A stretch of DNA of 64,000 nucleotides from assembly GCA_024650005.2 (NCBI GenBank), contig CP122380.1, forward strand, positions 608,001 through 672,000, in the 5' to 3' direction. Both the position numbers and the translations under genes were made by a program. Source of the DNA: Candidatus Bathyarchaeum tardum. Its GTDB lineage: Archaea > Thermoproteota > Bathyarchaeia > Bathyarchaeales > Bathyarchaeaceae. Below, one piece after another: positions 11,131 through 22,000 of this stretch. Under the pieces are notes generated by a model, which worked only from the letters and a program-made list of their open reading frames with translations, was not told the DNA's origin and did not search any database. The stretch's first letter is position 1. The number at the start of each line of letters is the position of its first letter.

Positions 11131-11510
11131 AGAGAGGGCTTAAATGTTGTTGTTGGGGGGTAGGGGGGTCAACAACAACAAATGACATACCCGTAGGCTG
11201 TCCATTGTGAAGATTTTTTGAAAGTCTTGCCAAAATATTACTGGCTCTTGATGAACCTGGACTAGGAATCCTGAAGTTCAAAGTCTCCAATCAATGATTT
11301 CTGGAATTAAGACATACAAGAGTTTGTTTGTTGATTACGCGAGTTGACGAGAAACCGAAGAGGCTTGTGGAGTTAGACCCCAAATATGCCAAGCTCATCA
11401 AACAAAAAACTAGGGTTTTAAGAGATGACAAGGTTATTCCAAATGGGATAGATTACAGCAAAGCAGTAAAATCATTGACAAAGGGGAGAAGAAAAAAGCA
11501 AAGGAAATTG
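11131..11510 (+). pseudogene. Degenerate terS 3' half and terL 5' end
   Basis: Collinear with 37936-38326 (e.g. ggctcttgatgaacctgg, caaatatgccaagctcatc), with frameshifts and stops. Confidence 0.9.
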
Positions 11511-11642
11511 TTATGCATATCCAACTAGGAGAAACACACCTTCTCACTTAATACGTGAGGGATTGAATGCAGCTACTTCATTCTAATACTCAAACTTATG
11601 ACAAATAACTTAACAGTATCCTAACTTATGATCGGTTAATGA

Positions 11643-12035
11643 TCAATCTGTGTTTTGTTCAATTATAATTGTGTAATTCTTTGCGTTTAATCCCCCTCTT
11701 ATTAGTAAATAAAATGTTCCCTTTTTGAAAAGGTGTAAAGCTCCATTCGGTTTATTATTGCCAAGGACAATGTCAAAAGTTTTATTTCCAATTTCCTTCA
11801 CCTGAAAGTAAAAATTGCTAAGTGAATTCACTTCATCATTAATAATTGGGTCATATTCCCATCTTATTCTCCATTCATCATAATCAATTTTGAATGATCT
11901 TGTTCCTCCATACCAACTGCTTCCAGTAAACCTATCTACTTCAACCCAATTTTTAGACGTTTCAAGATAAGACATAGACCAAAACAGGAAAAAAGAAAAC
12001 AGCAATGAAAAGATAACAATCGTTTTCTTTGCCAT
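11643..12035 (-). CDS. Hypothetical secreted or membrane-anchored beta-rich protein
   Basis: N-terminal hydrophobic signal/TM segment; GGTGA RBS upstream. Confidence 0.6.
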   Translation of the reverse strand: MAKKTIVIFSLLFSFFLFWSMSYLETSKNWVEVDRFTGSSWYGGTRSFKIDYDEWRIRWEYDPIINDEVNSLSNFYFQVKEIGNKTFDIVLGNNKPNGALHLFKKGTFYLLIRGGLNAKNYTIIIEQNTD

Positions 12036-12081
12036 GAATCACACCAATAAAACCTCCAATATACTGAGGATAAGGATTTTT

Positions 12082-12135
12082 GTCAAGAAACATTGACCAA
12101 AATCAAGCTTCAGATAGTCAAGAAACTTTGACTAT
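12082..12135. promoter_or_regulatory. Two palindromic operator-like sites, GTCAA-GAAACW-TTGAC
   Basis: gtcaagaaacattgac at 12082-12097 and atagtcaagaaactttgactat at 12114-12135. Confidence 0.5.
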
Positions 12136-12269
12136 TTATTGTTCAACCTATTAAAATTTCAAATCACCTATGTTTTAGATTCACACCCAAACTTGAACAT
12201 TTGTCTTTATGGATTCTCACCATAATAGAGACATCTCCCATAAGATCACTTTTTTATTGTTCAGAGCCC

Positions 12270-12282
12270 AAAAGCTAATTTA
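12270..12282 (+). repeat. Candidate attL core AAAAGCTAATTTA
   Basis: Identical to 46425-46437; lies just before the first viral-looking ORF. Confidence 0.55.
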
Positions 12283-12333
12283 ACCAATCACCAGGTGACG
12301 GTTCAAAATCCCCTTTTTTTTGGTGATTAGGTT

Positions 12334-12546
12334 TTGGAGATCCAGTTTGTTGTTGACGCCCATAGCTGGAAAAGCAAGGCAGGTCAGGTTCCAGAGTACA
12401 AGGTTTCCTTGAAAAATTCTGATGGGCATACGTTGGTTTTGGTTGGCAGTTCCAGGGCGATTTGTGAAAAGTTCCCTAAAGATGAAGTTTTTACTGTAAA
12501 AATTGGTTCCACGCAGACCACTCTTGATGAGGTCCCTGAAGGATGA
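12334..12546 (+). CDS. Small viral hypothetical protein (beta-rich)
   Basis: 70-aa ORF with GGTGA RBS; first gene inside the candidate attL. Confidence 0.6.
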   Translation: MEIQFVVDAHSWKSKAGQVPEYKVSLKNSDGHTLVLVGSSRAICEKFPKDEVFTVKIGSTQTTLDEVPEG

Positions 12547-12679
12547 AAGAAGCAGCAAGCATCTGCACAGGTAGCTTATTTCCCCCTGATAGGCGCAGTT
12601 TGGCATGTTTGTTGCTTCCATCACACATCAGGGGCCATTCAGAAAGATTGGCAATTAGCATCTAGCTGAGGTTTGTTTT

Positions 12680-13672
12680 TTGGTTTGTCAACAATCAAAG
12701 TCTGGTTTGTTGAAAAAGCAGTTAGTACGTACCGAACCGGTTAGTCTAACTGCACAAAGTTTGAGTGAAAACGGCAAACAGATTCTTGAGTTGTTAGGAT
12801 CCGGTCGTCCGCCAAGTGCAGTTGCTGAAGCAGTTGGAGTCAGCAGGCCTTCCTTGAGTTATTGGGTCAATAAGCTCAAACAGTTAGGTTTTCTTCGTTT
12901 ATGTCCTCAAAGTGTTGCTGGCAGCTGGAACTATTACGAGTTAACCCAGAAGGGTTCAAAGGTTCTCACAGGGAGTGAAGAGGATACTTCGGTTATTGTT
13001 TTAGAGGATTATCCCGTCAAGTTTGATGTAGTAAGTTGGGGGCGAGCTGACGATTGTGTGTCCTGGGAAAAGTTAGGTGAACCCCGTAACTGGGTAAAGT
13101 TAGGTTTTAAACTGGGAGAAGTTCGGGTAGTTAGAACCAGCAAAAGTGTAATTGTGCATCCCGGACGGTTACGGGGAGATAATAGTTGGAATCTGGTTTT
13201 TGTTGCCAGTCAAGAATGCAACAGGGTTGCCCGTTGGCTTGAACAAAAAACTGGTTTGATGGTTCGTCCAGGTGTTCCAATTAAGCGGCCGTGTTTTCAG
13301 GTTTATGATTGTTTGTCTGAGCAGTTAACGCGCAAGTTCAGTTTTAAGAATGAAGATGGAATGGGAGCCGATCGCAGTCCTCCTGCAAAGAAAGGTCACT
13401 GGGAGTTAGGACCCGAAGCTGCTAATGATTTTATCAAATCTTCCAGTCGACTAAAGCAGGTTACCCATCAGATGCACCATTTAGGAACTGATCTGGAAAA
13501 GCTTGATACTAATTTAGAAAAACTAGAAAACGGTTTGCTTCCAGCTTTACACGCATGGACCAAAGTTGGACAGAAACTGTTGAAAGTATTATCAAAGCTG
13601 GATCAAATTGAAGAACCAGAAAAACTGACTGCTTCAAAAGCCAAAGAAGACAACGGGGAATACATTTGGTAA
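12680..13672 (+). CDS. wHTH + alpha/beta domain + coiled-coil protein; candidate replication initiator or regulator
   Basis: VAEAVGVSRPSLSYWVNKLKQLGFL...YELTQKG is a MarR/ArsR-type wHTH. The function is an inference. Confidence 0.6.
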   Translation: MVCQQSKSGLLKKQLVRTEPVSLTAQSLSENGKQILELLGSGRPPSAVAEAVGVSRPSLSYWVNKLKQLGFLRLCPQSVAGSWNYYELTQKGSKVLTGSEEDTSVIVLEDYPVKFDVVSWGRADDCVSWEKLGEPRNWVKLGFKLGEVRVVRTSKSVIVHPGRLRGDNSWNLVFVASQECNRVARWLEQKTGLMVRPGVPIKRPCFQVYDCLSEQLTRKFSFKNEDGMGADRSPPAKKGHWELGPEAANDFIKSSSRLKQVTHQMHHLGTDLEKLDTNLEKLENGLLPALHAWTKVGQKLLKVLSKLDQIEEPEKLTASKAKEDNGEYIW

Positions 13673-13757
13673 CCAGTCATTGTCACAAAAATTCATTTAA
13701 TTCTGTGCAAGGCTCAAAATGGGCTTCTTTTTGGTCTATTTTTTGGACTTCTTTTTG

Positions 13758-13775
13758 TAAAATAAGCTTATTTTA
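13758..13775. promoter_or_regulatory. Perfect 18-bp palindrome TAAAATAAGCTTATTTTA
   Basis: Seen directly; upstream of the 13882 wHTH gene. Confidence 0.5.
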
Positions 13776-13881
13776 TGCCTGTTTTTCAAGGGGGTTTTTG
13801 GTTGGTTAAATGGTCTAAGTTGGCGGTTTCAACTTTGTCTGTTCGTGATGTTGCATGTTTACCATTAACTGAGGTTTTGCT

Positions 13882-14355
13882 ATGGAAAACGTAGAAAACA
13901 GTGTGCAAACAGGGGAAAAAACATCTAAAAAAAGGCGTTCTGTTGAAGAAAAAGTAGGACGTCACAAGTGGATTATTCGAACTTTGAAAAAAATCGAAAG
14001 GCGACAAAAGATTATAGATCGTCGAACTCGGATGCTTGCTGCTGGCCTTCGTAGTCTTTTCTCTCTGGGGGAAGATTACGTTTCTATGATTGTTTGCAAG
14101 GACGAGGTTGATGTTGCTATTTTGTATGCACTTCGGGAAGCTGAGGCTACAGGTCGGCAGACTGGAGAATTAGCAACTCAATTGGACATAGACCACAGGG
14201 ACATTTCACGCAGGATTGAACGCATGAATAAGAAGATGATCCAAGAAATCGGGGAGCCAGTGATTACTAAGAAAGGCCACAAGTGGAAGATTGCTCCTAG
14301 GCTTCGAAAAGAATTCACTGAAAGCATAATCAAAGAAGAAGCTGAAGACACCTGA
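13882..14355 (+). CDS. Viral wHTH DNA-binding protein
   Basis: TGELATQLDIDHRDISRRIERMN...ITKKGHKWKI. Confidence 0.7.
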   Translation: MENVENSVQTGEKTSKKRRSVEEKVGRHKWIIRTLKKIERRQKIIDRRTRMLAAGLRSLFSLGEDYVSMIVCKDEVDVAILYALREAEATGRQTGELATQLDIDHRDISRRIERMNKKMIQEIGEPVITKKGHKWKIAPRLRKEFTESIIKEEAEDT

Positions 14356-14822
14356 GAGAACCTAACAATGTAAACAATAATGTAGTAACTTTCAAAAGTT
14401 GTTTTGTAATTAGCCTAAATTCAAACATAAAAATTTGTTCATTATTTTGTTTAATGAAGATGGTCTCTGGAGCCCCTGACTGGAGTTCGACTATTTCCCG
14501 GGCTACTACTAATTCTAAAGTAAGCGACTTTTGTGTGTAGACTTTTAAAATTGTTTATCGAGTGTTTTAAGTGATTTTCAAACGCTTTTGAAAGATTGAA
14601 CACTAATTCTTTCGATTTTTAAACTAAACTATCATCCATGTACAAAACAAGATTTCTTTTGTTTGACATTTGTATTCACATCCGGTTGGGTACAAATGGG
14701 TGTTTTTCTTTGTTTATTTTTGGTGATAATAAATACCGTTGATTACTTTCATATGGAGAAGCATTATCTCTAGCATATTCTAAGTTACTGTTAGCCAGTT
14801 TAATTATTCCAAGGACCGACAA

Positions 14823-15356
14823 ATGTTCCCAAAATATAAAATTGTAAATGTTGTTACAACAGCAACGCTTGATCAAGAAATTGATTTTGAAGCAATCAGG
14901 AAATTGGATAATGTGTTTCACGATTCAGATGTTTATGGGGGTAGAGCAGCATATTTCAAAACAAATGAAATGCAGGGAAAAGTCTCAATTTTTTCTTCCG
15001 GAAAAATGATCAGCGTTGGAACAAAGACTCGGGAAGAATCATTTAGGGAACTTGAAGAAGCCAAGGATTTTTTAGTGAAAAGTGGGTTTATTACCGAAGT
15101 TTCTATTGAACCAAAAATTAGGAATTTGGTGATTAGTGTTGATTTTGGGAAAACAATTAATCTTGAAGATTTAGTGTATGTTTATCAAATAATATATGAA
15201 CCTGAACAATTTCCGGGTGGAATTTTACGACTTTCTGAACCTTTTAAAGCATCGGTATTAATTTTTTCTACGGGAAAAGTGATAATTACAGGTCTAAAAG
15301 CTATGAACCAAATTGAAAAAACGATAGCACACTTGAAAAAATGCTTAATTACTTAA
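14823..15356 (+). CDS. tbp: Divergent TATA-box binding protein carried by the provirus
   Basis: Two TBP repeats: IVNVVTT..IFSSGKMISVG.K and IRNLVIS..YEPEQFPG..LIFSTGKVIITG.K. Confidence 0.9.
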   Translation: MFPKYKIVNVVTTATLDQEIDFEAIRKLDNVFHDSDVYGGRAAYFKTNEMQGKVSIFSSGKMISVGTKTREESFRELEEAKDFLVKSGFITEVSIEPKIRNLVISVDFGKTINLEDLVYVYQIIYEPEQFPGGILRLSEPFKASVLIFSTGKVIITGLKAMNQIEKTIAHLKKCLIT

Positions 15357-15473
15357 ATAATAAACTTTTTCAGTAATTAATTTTTGTTCAAAAATGTATT
15401 TTTGATTATTATTTTACAATTATAATGCTATATGTTTTCTCTCTTGAAATCTCGAATCTATAGAACGTTAGTA

Positions 15474-15902
15474 TTATCGCTTCATAAGTATCTGATAGTC
15501 ATTATTTCTTAAATAATAACCAGCAGGGGTCATTCTTTTTTTTGATTTAATTGGAGTCTGGTATTTTTGAATGTTTGCTAAATGATACACTGAAAGATTT
15601 TGAGTTTTTCTTTCACGTCCTATTGGAGATTTTTTTGCATAATTAAAAAGTTCTTCTTGTGTTAAAAAAAGATTTTGGCCGTAGTTTTCATAAACTTCTT
15701 CTACAGTCATCCTTTCAATCTTCAGTATTTTTGCTTCTCCAATTATGGTTTTTTCTCCAGAAAGATAAAAAATCGCCCTCATTCCTTTGTTAAGCTTAAC
15801 CAATTTATTATCATATTTTACAAATATTTTTTTTCCTTTTATGAAAATTGATTCAGCATGTTTCAGTTTTATTGGGAAGACAAACCCGCTGATTTCGGAC
15901 AT
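15474..15902 (-). CDS. PUA/ASCH-superfamily (DUF365-like) protein
   Basis: HAESIF..KKIFVK, IFYLSG..IIGEAKI, LFLT.EEL..Y and Y.TPI..MT.AG.Y pattern. Confidence 0.7.
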   Translation of the reverse strand: MSEISGFVFPIKLKHAESIFIKGKKIFVKYDNKLVKLNKGMRAIFYLSGEKTIIGEAKILKIERMTVEEVYENYGQNLFLTQEELFNYAKKSPIGRERKTQNLSVYHLANIQKYQTPIKSKKRMTPAGYYLRNNDYQILMKR

Positions 15903-15962
15903 TTAAACAACTGCTCCTTTCCTAATACATTTCATATTTTCTATTTATAAAGAATGTATAAC

Positions 15963-18900
15963 CTATAAATCAAAATAGTCATCTACAAGTTTTATTTCTT
16001 TTTTATTCAAACCATATATGTCAAAGATGAAGGCGTCAATTTTTTTATCAATTGATTTTATTCTTTCTTTTATTCTATTTATTTCATTGCATTCTGCTTC
16101 AGTTTTTCTGCTTAATTCTTTATTCAAATTCATTATTTGATCAACGTTTTTTGTTATTGCATCTACCTTCAATTTTGAAGCAGTCATTATGGGCAATGTC
16201 AGAAAATCGTTTGGATAGAATTGAATGTATTTCCCCCTTACATGGATAGAAGCAAATAATACTTGATAATAAAAGTTAATCAATTTTGAATTTAGAATCG
16301 CCATTAAATACTTAAGATCAATGTCGGATCCTCTTGGCAGTATTATTTTGATTGAATTATTGGTATAATATTGTTCATCATCATATGCAACTTCTGGACG
16401 TAGACCAAATAGAGCAGTTACAAGTTTTTCTTTGGCCTTGAATATTCGAGGATCTCTTAGAGAACCATATTCTCCTTTATCTTTATCGAAAATACTTGGA
16501 TCATAATTGACCCATAGTTTGTCCCATTTTATTGAGTACCTATCAATGCATTTTGCTGTGATTAATTTTTTACAATTCTTATTTTCCTTTTTGTTTAAAA
16601 TCATTTTATCTCTAATGTTTCCCGTATGAATTCCGTCTTTCATTTCACATAAACTAGTTAAAGGGATGGATTTTTGTTTAATCCGTTTTAGAAGATGCAT
16701 AACTCCTGGAATTAAATCAATTGAAAAAATATTCTTAGGTGAATCAGCGAAGGCAGATTGATTTATTTCATACACGTCACTAGTGTCTCTAATTTTTCCC
16801 TCTTTGATTTCTTTTTTAATTTTAATGATGTTGTTTTCTCTAACTTTTTTATTTGGTTCTTTTTGAAAGATGAAAATGTAGGGGTATGTTGCAGCATCTT
16901 TAAACACGTTCATATGTGAAACGTCTAGAATGGTGTTTATGATGCAATTTTGAAGGATCACTTTTCTAATACCCAAACCATATTTTGAAGCTGTAAACTT
17001 GTTGGAAATAATAAACCCTAATGAATTATGGTATTTAGCAAGTGATAATGACCTTTCAATAAAGAGAACGCCTAGATCAAAACGTTTGAAAGCACCTTTA
17101 AATAAACTCTTAAAAACATTCCATTCTATTTCAGGAATGTCTCTGGATTCTAAATAAGGAGGGTTACCAATAATTATATCAAAGCCTCCTTCATCGATAA
17201 TGTGGCCAAAATCAATTTTCCAATGAAATGGATTTGTACCTATATATTCTTTGAATTTTATTGGGATATCAGTTAATTTCTTTTTATCAAAATTTGAATC
17301 AATTTTTCTGTTGATATGTTCCAAAAATATAGGATTAACACTGGAATATATTGAAATTTTTATTTTTTCTAAAATTCCTTTGAGGTTTACAGCTTCCAAT
17401 CCATGTGTCATGCGATAGATCTTATAGAGGATCGAATATGCTTCGATATATGATTTCAATTGGAAAGTTGAAAGCAGATCACGAGCTTTCTGTAAATCTT
17501 TTCTTATATCGTTCTTACAAAATGTTATTAACCCTGCAAATAATGCATCAACTTCGTTTGTCAAAGGTCTCTGTAACGGGATTTGTTTTAATTCTTCATT
17601 AATCCAGCCTATGAGACTGTTTCCAATACGAATGTTATATTCAATATTTGGCAATGCATGCATTTCTGAACCTTCTTTGTATTCTGCCACCAACCAGAGC
17701 CAAAGTCTTAATTTTGTAATCTCACCAGCGCCATCAAGAATATCGACTCCATAAATGTTGTTTACTATTGTGTTAAGTTTAATACGATAGTAATCTGCTC
17801 CATTTCCCAATTTATTTAATAATCTAACTTTAACTTGAAATAAAACCTCAGAAGCTTTTATTAAGAAAGCTCCAGACCCACATGCAGGATCTAAGATCTT
17901 CATTCGGTCAAGGGCATCAAGAGCTTTTTTTATGTCGTTACTGTTTGCATTTTCTACTAATTCATTTACATCATTATACTTTGAATTAAATAGATCTAAT
18001 ATAAAGGGGTAAATTGTATTTTCTACAATATATTCAGTTATTTCCTCTGGAGTATAATAAACTCCCTTCTTTTTTCGTTCACTAGCTTCATTAATTGCTT
18101 TTTCTGCCTCTTTTTTAAAGCCACTTCTTTCCCATTCAACAACGCTTCTTTCATATACATGACCGAGTATTTCTGGAGTAAGAACATTTTCTTTATCTTC
18201 GATGGCTGTTTCAATGTCTTCTTCAATTATCCAGTGATATTGGTTCAAGAAATCAAAAACGTCTCCCCAATCCTTTTCGCTTAATAAAAATCTCAGATTC
18301 CCCTCTAAATGATCGGGCCTGAATAAACCTCCATTCAGATAAGGAATTTTGATCAAAAAATCATTTATCTGTAAAAATCTATTTTGAGCATCATTAAACA
18401 AGTAAAAGAGATTTTTAACATTTTCAAAGAAATTATCTGTATCTAATAAAATTCTAAATAAATTTTCTCCACTAATGCTTTTTCCGGTGTTTAGCGTAAT
18501 TATACCTTTATGGCAAAGAAAATATGTGAAAAAAATTCTATCAAATAATTTTTGACTTATAAGATATTTTTCAACTGGTTTGAAATCATTCTTTATACTT
18601 CTTGCAACAATATTTCTCTTTGATTTAAATTTTTCATAGAACCAGCCTGAAACATCCTTACGATGAAAAATATAATCGAATTTTGTATCAATTTTTTTTA
18701 ATTTATCTAACTTTGAAATGTTATCCTTTGTTCGGTCTGAATATAGAAAATATCTCCCCTCTCCAAAATTTCTGAAAAAAATAATTTTTGTATCATGTAC
18801 AATTGCACAATAAGCTAATCCTCTTTCAATGAGAAAATGATTTTTTACATCTTTTGTTTTTTCAATCTCTTTTACTTCGTAAATAACCAATAGTTTTCTT

Positions 18901-19028
18901 TCGTTAATCTTAAAGAAAATACCTTCATTAAATTCAGAATCTTGAAAATTCTCTATTTCTTCATAACCTTTCACCTTAAGAAAGTCACTAAGGGCTAATT
19001 TTCCTTGAAGTATCTCCTGTGGTTCCAA
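15963..19028 (-). CDS. Large N6-adenine DNA methyltransferase (Eco57I/type IIG-IIL-like) with a TaqI-like target recognition domain
   Basis: LNGGLF, GVYYTP, ILDPACGSGAFL, GNSL and FDIIIGNPPY motifs; C-terminal LNS.L and LPI. Confidence 0.92.
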   Translation of the reverse strand: MEPQEILQGKLALSDFLKVKGYEEIENFQDSEFNEGIFFKINERKLLVIYEVKEIEKTKDVKNHFLIERGLAYCAIVHDTKIIFFRNFGEGRYFLYSDRTKDNISKLDKLKKIDTKFDYIFHRKDVSGWFYEKFKSKRNIVARSIKNDFKPVEKYLISQKLFDRIFFTYFLCHKGIITLNTGKSISGENLFRILLDTDNFFENVKNLFYLFNDAQNRFLQINDFLIKIPYLNGGLFRPDHLEGNLRFLLSEKDWGDVFDFLNQYHWIIEEDIETAIEDKENVLTPEILGHVYERSVVEWERSGFKKEAEKAINEASERKKKGVYYTPEEITEYIVENTIYPFILDLFNSKYNDVNELVENANSNDIKKALDALDRMKILDPACGSGAFLIKASEVLFQVKVRLLNKLGNGADYYRIKLNTIVNNIYGVDILDGAGEITKLRLWLWLVAEYKEGSEMHALPNIEYNIRIGNSLIGWINEELKQIPLQRPLTNEVDALFAGLITFCKNDIRKDLQKARDLLSTFQLKSYIEAYSILYKIYRMTHGLEAVNLKGILEKIKISIYSSVNPIFLEHINRKIDSNFDKKKLTDIPIKFKEYIGTNPFHWKIDFGHIIDEGGFDIIIGNPPYLESRDIPEIEWNVFKSLFKGAFKRFDLGVLFIERSLSLAKYHNSLGFIISNKFTASKYGLGIRKVILQNCIINTILDVSHMNVFKDAATYPYIFIFQKEPNKKVRENNIIKIKKEIKEGKIRDTSDVYEINQSAFADSPKNIFSIDLIPGVMHLLKRIKQKSIPLTSLCEMKDGIHTGNIRDKMILNKKENKNCKKLITAKCIDRYSIKWDKLWVNYDPSIFDKDKGEYGSLRDPRIFKAKEKLVTALFGLRPEVAYDDEQYYTNNSIKIILPRGSDIDLKYLMAILNSKLINFYYQVLFASIHVRGKYIQFYPNDFLTLPIMTASKLKVDAITKNVDQIMNLNKELSRKTEAECNEINRIKERIKSIDKKIDAFIFDIYGLNKKEIKLVDDYFDL

Positions 19029-19031
19029 AAT

Positions 19032-22000
19032 CTATTCCTCCAAAAGTGCTATTGCAAACTTGCGAGTTGTTTCATTAATTAACTTCTCTTGAACATGCTT
19101 TTGGGTAAAGCTATTCTTTATTTTATTATTCAATTCTTTAATTAGTTTATCTGAGATTTCATCTTTTTTGATTCTTTTTTCCAACTCTTTGATGACTCGA
19201 GCTGTTGTACTGCCACAAGATTCTTTTGTTCTGTTCAATGTAAAAATTAATTCGTCAATATTCGAGTATAACTGAGACAGGTTTTTTAATTCGATTATAT
19301 CCAAAATATTATTGATTTTTCTATCTAATTGGCTATTATAAAAATTTAGACATAATTTTTTTCTTTTTTCAGTCTCTAGGTATTGATCGAATTCTTGGAG
19401 ATAATTGTTCAGATCTTTTTCAAAATTGATTGTTCGAGTAATTTTTTCCATTTTGGCCTTGTGTAAGTATTCCTCATTAAAAACATCATTAGAGTTGTAA
19501 TAAACAATTAGACCTTTTTTTCCTTTGATTGTCGTATAGTTGTTACCGAATGGCAAATTTTGGTTTTCAACATCTTCTCGAGTAATTCCAAATTTTTTGA
19601 TCGTTTTTTGTAGGAAAGCTAAAGTAGGTTTTGCATATTGTATTTCAACTTCAAGATTTTCAAATTTTCCTTTCGTAAAATCTGAACGAATACTCTTCAT
19701 TACCTCTTGGTATATTCGTGTATCTTTCAATCTTCTTTCTTTTAGAAGCGTTCTGATCTCATTTTCTCGATCAATCCAAACCCGATATTCTACGCCAACA
19801 AAATTGATTATGTCTTTAATTCGAAGGTCCATTCGATCTACTAATTCCAATTCTCTATCAATGTCTTCATCAGGTTTGAAATTGAATACATCAATTTTTT
19901 TTGGATTATCAAGTCGTGTTGCACGTCCAATTCTCTGAATGATTCTAACTGGATTATATGGGATATCAAAATTTATTACAACATCGGCACCACTAATGTT
20001 AAAGCCTTCTGACAATGCATCTGTCGAGCACAGTAGACTAAGTTTTGATCGCTTGTCATTGAATTTCTCGATTATCCTATTTTTATTTTCCACTTCAGAG
20101 CTAACATACTTTGCAACATCGTTGCTGATTCTACTTTTTAGGAATTTTTCAATAGCTTTTAGTGTGTCTTTGTATTGTGTAAATAACAAAATTTTCTTTG
20201 ATTGATTATTCTTGACTATCTTATAGAGTTCATCAAGTTTGTAATCATTCTCAAAACAAAGGTCGGATACCACAAACGGTTGTAGCTTTTCAATTTCATT
20301 ATTGATACGTTCAGTGTCACTTTTTAAATCATCTAAAATTTTTAACTGTTCTTGACCTTTTCCCTTCTTTATTTTTTCGATTACTTTCTCTAATTTTTCT
20401 CGAAAATCAAAAGTGAAATTTATTTCGACATCATCTTCATATTCTATATCTAAACAACAAACATCTCTGTTTTCAATAGCGTCTTGTATGCATTGATTTC
20501 TCTTAGCTAACCTTTTTAATGTTAGATAGTAAGCTGTTATGCTACTCTCAAAACGTTTGTACAATAACCACTTGAAAAAACCACCTAATCTTCTACCTTT
20601 CTCAGGATCAATCATCCTAAGGTGGGCAGCAGAAAGACTGCTTATGAAATCGACAATGTTATTTACGATTGGTCTGTAATTTGCATGTAAGGTATATTCT
20701 GTTTCAATCACTTCTGGATCGGGTATTGTTGTTAAATCAACACCAGAAAACTCTTTCAATTGTTGAATATAATCTTGATTAGTCTTAATCGTTTCTCGAG
20801 TAGATTTGATAAAAAGCTCCTTTTCGACTTCTTCTTGTCTTTTAGCTAACTCTTCTTTTTCATTGTTGGTTAATTCTTCAAACTCTTTTTTCATTGCTAA
20901 GTCGATTACTTTTTTCAAATCCCTTACCATTGCATCAAAAACCAAATTTTGTCCAGGCCTATGGAAAAGCTCAATTAAACTCAACAAATCATTTAAACTT
21001 GTATTAATTGGAGTTGCCGTCAAAAACATAATCTTTGAATCGCCATTTAGATCAATTAACCTCTTCAAATTCCTTGTTCTATAAGCATCATTATTTCTAA
21101 AATTGTGGGCTTCATCAACAATAATTAAACCATACTTGTTTTCCTTTTCAAGTTTTATCTTACCACTAGTAGCATAGTTTGTCACTCTTTTATCAAAAAA
21201 CTCCTTAGGGTCTTTTTGGAACTCCCCCATAGAAACTAAATCTACTTTACCCCAAAGCTTAAACTCTTTCAAGTATCGAGGCCACTGATCATCACCTTTA
21301 GCAAGATTTGCAGGTGCAATGATTAACACTCTATTTCCTTCACGCATAAAAATCTCTGCAACTTTAGTGGCAACATAAGATTTTCCAAGACCCACAGAAG
21401 AAGTCAAAAACACGCTTCGATATTTGTTCTCTTTAAACAATCTCAAACATCTATTTGTGTCAACAACTTGAAATCCAAACAAACCTGACTTTTTCCAATC
21501 CTCAAAAAGATAATCAGCGTTCAAAAACTTGATTAACGATTTAAAGAATTCCTTTGGTTCCATGTATTTGTATGCTTCATCAATTTCTGCTCCAAACTTT
21601 GATTCTTCAATTGCTTTTGTTAAGGCATCAGCAACTCTAAGTTTTTCAAACTCTTCAGTTCCATGTTCCCACAACTCATCAAACCATGATTCAAGATAAC
21701 TCATGCTTCGTTGATTTGTAGTCATCATATTCAGTTCTGTATTCCCCATTAACCCACTCGGAGTTAAGTTTGATGACCCAATCACACAAGCATAGTAACG
21801 GTCCATTGGGTTATCGGTTTCAACATCTCTAAGAAATAAGTAACCTTTTGAATGTAGCCTTTGTAGTTTCCCATTTTCTCCAAGGTATACTCTTGCTTTC
21901 AGAACTTTTGATTCTTTGATTAAAGTATGGAAAAGTTTAACGGCAGCGGTAGTTGTTTCATTTTTTTCAATTTCATCAAATTTTTTTGTGAAGGCTCTAA

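Noticed and set aside
11004-11528. Track ORFs 11004-11210 and 11328-11528 as real genes
   Set aside because: They are frame-hopping pieces of the decayed portal/terS/terL relic.
14468-14508. tRNA-3'-end-like text (tggagcccctgactggagttcga / gttcgactatttcccgggctacta) as a possible att remnant
   Set aside because: The T-stem does not pair properly on either strand, there is no cloverleaf, and I found no second copy in the window.
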